64,000 nucleotides of DNA from Octopus vulgaris. Its lineage: Eukaryota. The notes beneath the pieces were generated by a model. It was given only the letters and a program-made list of their open reading frames with translations. It searched no databases and was not told the origin of the DNA. The stretch covers positions 19,096,001 through 19,160,000 of the forward strand of contig OX597818.1 in the NCBI GenBank assembly GCA_951406725.2, given 5' to 3'. Shown piece by piece: positions 54,036-64,000 of this stretch (positions are counted from its first letter, which is position 1; every line of letters starts with the position of its first letter). A program made the position numbers and the translations under genes.

Positions 54036-55652
54036 CAGTTGCGGCCAAAATGTTCAGAACGGCATTATTTTCGTCAGAAAAGTAAGTATAAGTTTTTATC
54101 AAAGTAGTTTTATATTCTATAATTTTCACAGACAATAAATACAATATTAATTGTTATTGTCTGAGATTTTGGTGTAATTTAAGAGGATAATACAAAAGTG
54201 ATTTCGTGATTTACTGCAAAACCCATGGCGGCTAAAATGATCAGAACGGTTGAAAAAATAACAAAATAATCAAAAATGACAGAGAATACTGGAATTATTT
54301 AATATTTAGTGTGAAACCCTTTAGCTTCAATCACACTCTGACATCTTCGACTGCATGAGGAAATTACATTTTCAATTTCTTGCTGGGTGATCTTATTCCA
54401 TTCTTCCTGAAGGGCATTCCATAATTGTTCAGTTGTTTTAGGATTTCTGGCTTTCGAACGTTCTCCTAGAATATTCCATACATTTTCAATAGGATTGAGA
54501 TCTGGGCTTTGAGCAGACCAATCCATAACAATAACCTTTTCAGCCTTGAGGAAGTTCATGACCACCTTAGCCTTTTGACATGGAGCATTGTCCTGCATGA
54601 ATATGGGTGGTCGCTTAGTTGAATTTCTCAGCACAGGCAAGACATGATCTTTTACAAGTTGTTTATAAACTCCTGCATTTACCTTTCCATGTAATCGCAA
54701 AAAAAGGGCCCACACCATCTCCAGATATCATACCCCAAACAATGACACTTCCTCCACCGAATTTAACACTAGTCTTAAGGCATTTAGGCGACAATTTTTC
54801 ACCTACTTTTCGACGAACGTACCTTTTCCCATCTGAGCCAAATAACAAACTTAGATTCATCACTGAAATGCACCGTTTGCCATTTTTCTTGAGACCACAA
54901 CACATGTTCGGTTGCAAAGGTAAGACGATACTTTTTATTCTTGGAGCTGATCAGTGGCTTCACTGCAGGTGCTCTTGCTTGTAGGTCATGTTCAACTAAA
55001 CGACGAGACACAGTTTTTCGAGATAAAGTTTTCTTCAATACAATGCTCATTTTCCAAGAAACAGCAGCAGCAGTTTTAAATCTGTCCTTTTTAACTAACT
55101 TTACCATAGCACGATCTTCTCTCTTGGTCGTTTTTCTTGGCCTACCTGAAAACTTTCTTGCTTCACACGAACCACAATCATCGTAGACCTTAAGAATACC
55201 GTGTACAACACTTTTTGACTTGTTAACAATCTTTGCAATAGATCCAATACTTAAATTATCCTCCGAAGCTTAATAATTTGCTGACGAATTGGTAACGGAG
55301 TAAGTGGCATTATATTAACAAAGTACACTGCAAATATTCTTACTAATGTTTAGTAAACGAACCGTCACGTAAACAAATTGAAAACATTAGAGTTCGCCGG
55401 TTAAATATACTAAAACACGGAGTAAAAGCAACCGTTCTGATCATTTCGGCTGCCATGGGTTTTGCAGTAAATCACTAAATCATCCATAACTTTTGTATTG
55501 TCCTCTCAAATTACACCAAAATCTCAGGCAATAACAAATAATATCGTATTTATTTTCTGTGAAAATTATAGAATATAAAACAACTTTGATAAAAAATTAT
55601 ATCTACTTTTCTGACGAAAACAATGCCGTTCTGAACATTTTGGCCGCCACTG
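54036..55652 (-). mobile_element. Tc1-family DNA transposon, IR/DR type, TA flanks
   Basis: TA|CAGT(T/G)GCGGCCAAAATGTTCAGAACGGCATT... TIRs of ~215-225 bp, each with an outer and an inner GCGGC(C/T)AAAATG(T/A)TCAGAACGG direct repeat. Confidence 0.95.
54299..55310 (-). pseudogene. Tc1 DD34E transposase, frameshifted
   Basis: MPLTPLPIRQQIIKL.../GRPRKTT/VHFSDESKF/FMQDNAP/SPDLNPIENVW. 34 residues counted between the second D and E. Split across at least 4 frame segments. Confidence 0.93.
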
Positions 55653-55867
55653 TATGTAAAGATAAGAGCCGACAGAATTATTATTGTATTGGACATAATG
55701 CTTAGTGGCATTTTGTCTGTCTCTACATTCTGAGTTCAAATGCTGCTGACTTCGCCTTTCATCCTTTCGGGGTTCATGAAATAAGTATTAGTCGAGCACT
55801 GTCTCATAATAATCAACTATCCTGCTTTCCAAAAATTTCAGGCCTTGTGCCTACAATAGACAGCTCT

Positions 55868-55905
<38 letters not shown>

Positions 55906-55987
55906 TATTAACAATGTAGGTGTTTCAAACACCTTAGTCATATTTATCATTTTCTTTTTGCTAAAATATTGCATACTGCTGTCTATA

Positions 55988-56026
<39 letters not shown>

Positions 56027-56029
<3 letters not shown>

Positions 56030-56330
56030 GTTTGTTCCTTCTTGAGCCATGCATGGCTCATAAGGGCCGGTTTCCCAGTTTCCTTGGCGTATAGGTTCCC
56101 CACCTGGACGGGATGCCGGTCTGTCGCAGGTGAGCTGCAAGATGCAGGAGGAAAGAGTGAGAGAAAGTTGTGGCGAAAGAGTCAGCAGAAGTTCACTATT
56201 ACCTTCTGCCAGAGCCACATGGAGCTTAGGTGTTTCACTCATAAACACACACATCGCCCGGTCTGAGATTCGAACCCACTATCCCTTGACCACGAGTCCA
56301 CCGCTCTAACCACTAGGCCATGTGCCTCCA
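56027..56330 (-). mobile_element. SINE family C (tail type 2)
   Basis: Reverse complement of 38847-39130. Confidence 0.85.
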
Positions 56331-57259
56331 CACATACCCATACACACACACACACACACATATATATATTAATCCAAATAAGAAGGCAATGAAAGGGTTT
56401 AGCTCATCTTTAATGACTAGTTACAATTGTTTCAGTACTACCTTGTTTTAATGCCACAGCATGCAAACCTTCCATGTGAAAGCTTATATATTTGCAATTT
56501 TAAATGTTAGAGAGTCAGAAGGTGAGCTCTTATATTGTTCATCTATCAAACACTATGACCAAATTCTATCTACAAAGCATTAACTTGAGCCTTCACTGAA
56601 GACACTTGCACAGTGTCACATTGTGAAATTGAGCTGAGTGTTTGTGGAGTGAACTTCTTAACTACATGACTATAACACACCAGCATCTGAATTACAGACT
56701 TAGATGTAAAGTTTAAAAATATTGATTTATAAACTAGAAAATCTCACCAAGATCAACTACATCATTCACCCTCTTTGACATCACTAAATGCAGTACTATT
56801 TAAATACTGGTGTCAACCTCTTCTTCTTCCCTTCCTCCTTCTTCTCCTCCTCCTCCCATCACTCGATCGATCAATCAATCAATCAATCAATCAATCAGTC
56901 AGTCAATCACTCACTCAGAGAATCAGTTATATTCAAAGTGCCAAGATATGAGCTTTCACCAACATTGTAAACCCTCATGTAGTGCAATAGACATTGGAAA
57001 AACTTGCGGAAGAGAAAAACAATTAATCTAGAGTAATTATGCAAATTAGTGCAGTATTTTTAACTCAGTATGTAAAGAGTTGCAACTAATTATTGATGGC
57101 CTTTTTTTGTCCAACTCTCTGATGATTCTAACAATCCATTGCTTTCATTAGCTTAGATTAAGAACATAACCTTTCTGAACATCTTTCTAAATGTTAATTT
57201 GATATCTCATTACGATTAATTTTTTTCTTTCTCAATCAATTATATAGTCAAATAATAGT

Positions 57260-57304
<45 letters not shown>

Positions 57305-57329
57305 AAGAAAGAGAGAGTGTGTGTGTGCG

Positions 57330-57565
57330 TACTCTTTTATTCTTTTTCACATTTCAGTCATCATTTGACTGCAGCCATACTGGAGCACCATCTTAAAGAG
57401 TTTTAGTTGAGGAAATCAACCCCAGAACATATTTTTTGTAAACCTAGTACGTATTCTGTCTGTCGCTTTTGTTTCCCGAACTCCTAAGTTACGGGAATAT
57501 AAACACACCACCATCAGTTGTCAAGCAATGGTGGTGGGGACAAACATAGATACAAAGACAAACAC

Positions 57566-57614
<49 letters not shown>

Positions 57615-57678
57615 ATGTATATATGTATAAATGTATATAGGTATGTATGTGTGTATATATGTATGTATATATATATAT

Positions 57679-57725
<47 letters not shown>

Positions 57726-58281
57726 CATACATATATATATATATCTGAGACTCCCTTCGGTCATGACTGACCGTGGGATTGCACCTAGAAAGTTACCCTT
57801 CCAGGCACAAGTCCAGGCAAGGTTGTTTATTGAAGACCAGCAGTTGCCCATGCATACCAGCCTCCCCTCTCCACGCAACCAGTGTTATCCAAGGGAAAGG
57901 CAAGGGCTGATACAGCTTGGCACCTGTGACGTCACAACTCATTTCTAGAGCTAAGTGAACTGGAGCAATATATATATAATTATATATATATACATACATA
58001 TGTACATACATACATACATACACTTGCGTCAGAAATTAATTAGCACTTCTCAAATTTCTACATTAAATAGGTTAAATCAATTAACCTATGGGCTGTTCAA
58101 AACGTCTTACGCGATGAGAAAACTTAGTATGGTGTGATTTCAGTCCTTGCGAGGCGCTACCTATATCTATTAAACAAAGGAAGATTTGTCTGCATCCGCA
58201 CTCAGATATGGCCACTAGGTGACAGCACATACCTTGAGTGAAGAGCAAATCAAGGGTGCTAATTAATTTCTGACGGTAGTG

Positions 58282-58326
<45 letters not shown>

Positions 58327-58480
58327 GATGGGTTTCTTTCAGTTTCTGTCAACCAAATCCACTTACAAGGCTTTAGTTGGCCCGGAACTATAGTAGAAGA
58401 CACCCAAGTGCTACACGGTGGGACTGAACCTGGAACCATGTGGTTGGGAAGCAAGCTTCTTAACACACAGCCACACCTAT
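57330..58480 (-). mobile_element. SINE family B split by nested insertions in its microsatellite
   Basis: The 3' half (57330-57570) and 5' half (58325-58480) enclose a family D tail (57747-57968) and a MITE. Confidence 0.75.
58021..58281. mobile_element. Tc1/mariner-type MITE, TA TSD
   Basis: TA|CACTTGCGTCAGAAATTAATTAGCAC ... GTGCTAATTAATTTCTGACGGTAGTG|TA. Confidence 0.85.
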
Positions 58481-59014
58481 GCATTGTATTCTTGAACTAA
58501 ATACTTTATTCCATGCTGCTACAATCCACTCAGCTATCAAAAGTGAGAAATCCTGCAACAGACTGGCATCCTATCCATGGAAGATTATATACACCACAGA
58601 ATTTAGGAAACTGGCTTTATGAGCCTATAGCTCAGGAAGAGCTATATATATATATATATATATATATATCATCATCATCATCATTTAATGTCTATTTTCC
58701 ATGCTGGTATAGATTAGACGGTTTGACCAGAGCTGGTAAGCTGGAGAGCTGTACCAGGTTCCAATCTGATATGGTTTGGTTTCAATGGCTGGATGCCCTT
58801 CCTATCACCAACTACTTTATAGAGTGTACAGGGTACTTTTTACATGACACCAGCATGGGTAATTTCACATAGCACTGGTACAGATCCTATTATGTGGCAC
58901 TGGCACAAGTGCTTTTTATGTGACACTGGTACAAGGCTTTAGCAGGCCAATCCTCTTCAGCAGTGGGTGTGGCGTTAACACTTCTGCCATGGAGGATGGG
59001 TCTTAACACTTCTA

Positions 59015-59218
59015 TGTGATCACGTGTGTCGTTGGCGATTTTCATTCTCTGTCTTCCATTCTTTGGACTTTTTCTTTTTTTTCTATATTTCTGACGAAGA
59101 GCTCCACTCAAAACGTTAAATCCTCCTCCTTTCTTTCCTTTCCTGAGTGTCCAATAACAATATACATATTCCATGTCCTCGCGTTGTGTTTTCTCTTTGT
59201 TCATGTTTGAATTAACTG
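59015..59218 (+). mobile_element. ~200-bp hammerhead element, copy 6
   Basis: CTGACGA-A-GAGCTCCACTC-AAAACGTTA...CCTGAGT-GTC at ~59085-59157. Homologous to copy 4. Confidence 0.75.
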
Positions 59219-59297
59219 TATGTATGTATGTATGTATGTATTCATGTATGTGTGTGTGTGAATGTGTGTGTGTGTGTACGTGTGTATGTATGTATGT

Positions 59298-59718
59298 CAT
59301 CATCATCATCATCATCGTTTAGCGTCCGCTTTCCATGCTGGCATGGGTTGGACGGTGCAACTGGGGTCTGGGAAGCCAGAAGGCTGCACCAGGCCCAGTC
59401 TGATATGGCAATGTTTCTATGGCTGGATGCCCTTCCTAACGCCAACCACTCCATGAGTGTAGTGGGTACTTTTTATGTGCCACCAGCACAGGTGCCAGAC
59501 GAGGCTGGCAAATGGCCATGGTCGGAGGGTGCTTTTTACGTGCCACCGGCACGGCAGCCAGGCATGGCTGGCAACGGCCACAGTCGGATGGTGCTTTTTA
59601 CATGCCACCGGCACGGAAGACAGTCGGAGCGTCGCTGGCACGGCCACGTTCAGATGGTTCTCTTATGTGCCACTGGCACTGGTATCACAGCTACAATTTC
59701 CATTGATGTTGATCGATG
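59298..59718 (-). mobile_element. RTE-family 3' UTR copy
   Basis: Collinear with 52662-53275 but with fewer minisatellite units. Confidence 0.85.
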
Positions 59719-62174
59719 TCCAAAATATATTACATGTACAACTCTTTTACACCGAGCCAGTGTGTACTCAAAACCTGTACACTACATCTACACATGTGAT
59801 TTGCCTCTTATCATCATCTTGATTGAATCAAATCATTGAGTGAGCCTCAACATTATCACACAACTTGCTAGACACAAATCTTCTTCAAATCAGGCTCCAG
59901 CTATCCTAGAAAAGGACATATTGGATAATGTGATCCTGAGTTCATTTCCTGTATGTAGGAAAATGTTAGCTGGAAAATTTTTCTTTGCAAATCTTCTTCA
60001 GCAGGGCTGACCTGAAACTAAACAGCATCCTGACCAAGCCTTATCTAGCAGACTTTCATTTGAACATTTTCTAATCATTCTCTCCCAAAAGTTATAATAA
60101 ACACTCTCAATCTAACTAGCACTCTGTCAGTTATGATGACAAGGGTTCCATTTGATCTGACCCATGGAACAGCCTGCACATGTAATTAATGTGCAAGTGG
60201 CTGATACATGTACCCTTAACGTAGTTCTCAGGGAGAACCAGCATGACACAGAGTGTGATAAGGCTGGCCCTTTGAAATACAGGTACAACTCATATTTGCT
60301 AGCTGGGTGGACTGGAGCAACGTGAAATAAAGTGTCTTGCTCAAGGACACAACATGTCACCAGGAATTGAACTTATGATCATGAGCTGAATATCCTAACC
60401 ACATGTCTCCACATTCTCAATCTAATAGACCTGTAATTAAGAGCATTTCCATTATGCCCATTTATTGTTAGTATAATGGTAATGACTACATTGTTTAATG
60501 TATCCTTCTTTATATAAAATGGTATGATGTGAATTGAAGGAGATTTTCCTACAAACAGTAATATATGGAAGCAGTTGACATTAGGAAGGGCATTCAGTTG
60601 TAGAAACCAAGCCAAATCAAACTGGAACCTGGAGCAGCTCTCTGGTTTTCCAGCTCTGGTTAAACAGTCCAACCTATGCCAGCATGGAAAACGAACATTA
60701 AAGGATGATGGCAATGACAACAATAACGATGATGATGATGATTACTCCCTTCTTCTCCTTAGATACAAAGCCAGAAATTTAGAAGCAATCAGTCGATTAT
60801 ATTGACTCCAGTACCTTACTGGTACATTATTTTATTGCTTCTGGAAGGATAAAAAGCACAAAACACCTTGATGGGACTTGAACTCAGGACATACAGTATT
60901 GGAATAAATACCACAAGACATTTTGTCCGATACTTAATGATTCTATTAATTAACTGCATTTCTTTGATGAATAATTTATAAAATTATATACCATTTTGGA
61001 TCAAGAATTCAGTATAGTAAAAAAACAGAAGGAGGTTAAGTTAGCAGAGTCATTAGAGCATCAGAGAGAACGCCATGTAAAATTTGCTTCTTCTTTGTCT
61101 TCTGGGTTCAGTGCCCTAGTCCAGTACTGAGAACAATTCTTCTTTCTTTGTTTTTCATACTTTTTTACTCTTTCTCTTTGGAAGAAATTGGCTATGGTCA
61201 CACCTGGGGAGAGATCAACTCTCCCAGGTTTAAAATAATGCCCCTATGACTTCATCAGGGAGTTGGTGGCACAAGAGCAAGGTATTGTAAAATATGTATT
61301 TATTATGCAATATGTAATAATTAAATAAAATATCCCTTCTTTCATAACAGACGTTATCAAAAAGACTAACCCTTATAAATTTTAAATTATAGGGGCTAAT
61401 AAGGAGAATTATTAGGGCATTAAATAGAATCACTAGTGGTATTTGCTCTGTCTTGCTGCATTCTGATTTCAAATGTTGTTGAGGTCATCAACTTTGTTTT
61501 TCATTCTTCCATGTTCAGTAAATAAAGTATCAATCATATACTGGAAGAAAACCTATTTTCTGTCTTGTGCTGATTTGTGAGAAGAATTCTGAGAGACCCG
61601 AGTGTCTCTTTTTCCAGAAAAGAAGACTTGATTGAGCAGTTAGCGACCACTTCCTATAGGATATGTAATATGCTATTGCACACTGGAAGGACATCAGTAT
61701 GTTAATGTGCTTTGGGTGTTATCCAAGGATGACCCCCATTCTCTGCAGTATAGAATAAAATGGCAATAATTATAAAAAATAAACATTATAAACTATTAGC
61801 TGTGATATTTAACATAAATAATATCAGACCTAATAAGCATCAATTTATAACAAAAAAACCTGTACACTTACTGTTATAGAATTTGAACCATATCTCTATT
61901 GCATGCCATTTGACTATATTGTCAATTAAACAACAATGCATCTGACTTTCTCTCTTCTCAAATTACTATAAATGATTTTGTCTACTATTTTAACTGTATG
62001 ACTTTTGAGCCAAGGAAACTGGCTGCAATTGTTCAAACTACTAGAACTAGCAGCCAAGTTCCCTCAAATCACATCTTAGTTACTTAAAAACATAAAAAGA
62101 AAGGACACAAAAAGCTAAATGTAATCCTAGATATACAAACATACACAAAGGTCAAGGGTGAAATGTCCTTATTT

Positions 62175-62406
62175 GTTTGTTGCCCACAAAGGGCTAAACA
62201 CAGAGGGGACAAACAAGGACAGATAAAGGGATTAAGTTGATTACATCGACCCCAGTGAGTAACTGGTACTTAATTTATCGACCCTGAATTTATCGACCCT
62301 GAAAGTCGACCTTGGTGGAATTTGAACTCAGAACATAATATGCTAAGACGAAATACCACTAAGCTTTTCACCTGGTGTGCTAACATTTCTGCCAGCTCAG
62401 CGCCTT
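62175..62406 (-). mobile_element. SINE family A
   Basis: Homologous to 911-1136, with a small internal duplication (AATTTATCGACCCTG twice). Confidence 0.8.
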
Positions 62407-63480
62407 GCTCATGGATTTGTTCAACCAGAAAACTGACCTTGGGCTAACCAGCAATTGTATTTTATCTCTACAAGATACAGAGATAAACAAGTATAGGTTA
62501 ATATAGCAGACAAATCAATTTGTGCTTACCTGATGTGAGAAATGGCAAATTAGCAGAATAGTTAGAGTGGTACTCTAAGTTCTGAGTTCAAATCTCACTG
62601 ATGTAAACTTCCTCTTTCATCATACCAAGGTCAATAAGTGCCAGTCAAATACAAGAATTTATTATTCTCTCTTTCACTCTTTCAGAATCATTTATGTTGT
62701 GGGGCATCACATACAATGTCCTTTTCTCGACCAAATAAAAGAGGGTTGAGCAAGGAAGCCAATAACTACAACTAATAATACAAATCTACAAAAACTCATC
62801 TCAGGATGTACCAATGTCTAACCACATGGAAAAGAAAGAAAGAAAAGCAGAATCTGAGATAGTTATTTGCAGGTGCTCTGTAGTCTAATTGATAATGCCT
62901 CGTCTATTAAGAAAAAGTTATGAGTCATGCAAGAAAGCCTGTTGGTCATGACTGTCTCAAAATGATGTTAGAAATTAATATTTAATATCATTTCAACATG
63001 TCCTTGATCATGTTTTTTCATTTCTCCTTTCCTTCTTTTTTTCATTATAGAGTTTGGTTTGACAGGATTAGAGTTGAAGTGCATAAGGAAGTTATATATT
63101 ATTTACTTTAATATGCTGTGTGTGTGTGTGCATTTATATATATATTTGTGTGTATTAATTAACTTATAATATATATTTACATATGTATAGAGAGGGAGGA
63201 GGGAGGGTGATACACACACACACACACATATATATAAATACATAAAATACACACACACACACATATTTATCTTTTACTTGTTTCAGTCATTAGACTACAG
63301 CCATGCAGCAGCACCATCTTCAAGAATTTTTAATTGAATAAATCAACCCAGTACTTACATTTTTTTAAAGCCTAGTACTTAGTCTATCAGACTCTTTAGC
63401 TGAACTGTTAAATTACAGGGATGTAAACAAACCAACACTGGTTGTCAAGTAGTAGTGGAAATAAACACACACACACACAC

Positions 63481-64000
63481 ATCATCATCATCATCATTTA
63501 ACGTCCACTTTCCATGCTAGCATGGGTTGGACGATTTGACTGAGGACTGGCAAACCAGATGGCTGCGCCAGGCTCCAATCTGATCTAGCAGAGTTTCTAC
63601 AGCTGGATGCCCTTCCTAACGCCAACAACTCCGAGAGTGTAGTGGGTGCTTTTACATGTCACTGGTACGAGGGCCAGTCTGGCGGTACTGGCAACGGCCA
63701 CGCCCGAAATGGTGTTTTTACGTGCCACCTGGACAGGAGTCAGTCCAGCAGCACTGGCAATGATCTCGCTCGAATGTTTTGTTCACATGCCAGTAAGGCG
63801 ACGCTGGTAACAATCATGCTCAAATGGTGCTTTTTACATGCCACCAGTACGGAAGCCAAACAGCTGCACTGGCAGTGATCCCACTTGGATGGAGCTGTTA
63901 GCGCTCCACTGGCACAGGTGCCAGTCATCGAATTTGGTTTAATTTCGATTTCACTTGCCCCAACAGGTCTTTGCAAGCAGAGTTTAGTGTCCAATGACGG
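63481..64000 (-). mobile_element. RTE-family 3' UTR copy running off the window
   Basis: (CAT)n, TTTAACGTCCACTTTCCATGCTAGCATGG, GGATGCCCTTCCTAACGCC and diverged minisatellite units. Confidence 0.85.

Overview
AT-rich metazoan genomic DNA, most likely an octopus (coleoid cephalopod). That call is an inference from the SINE families and the extreme (TA)n/(TG)n/(TAGA)n/(TATG)n density. No host protein-coding exon could be confidently identified, and almost all listed ORFs are microsatellite artefacts. The window is a graveyard of repeats: several modular tRNA-derived SINE families; a decayed Penelope-like (Naiad-type) RT/GIY-YIG element; R4/Dong-type, CR1-type and RTE-type LINE remnants; an IR/DR Tc1 (DD34E) transposon; a Buster/Charlie hAT fragment; non-autonomous Helitrons; several MITEs/foldbacks; and an orphan ETS-18S rDNA fragment with a large internal deletion. 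The most striking unannotated signal is a dense population of hammerhead-ribozyme (HHR) motifs, about 15 intact or decayed ones read by eye. They sit in short elements flanked by microsatellites, often beside a truncated inverted copy of their own end. They include a six-copy ~200-bp non-coding family with an extra-nucleotide core and a candidate with a G3-C8 swapped core. Coordinates were counted by hand and may be off by a few bases; no searches or folding programs were run.
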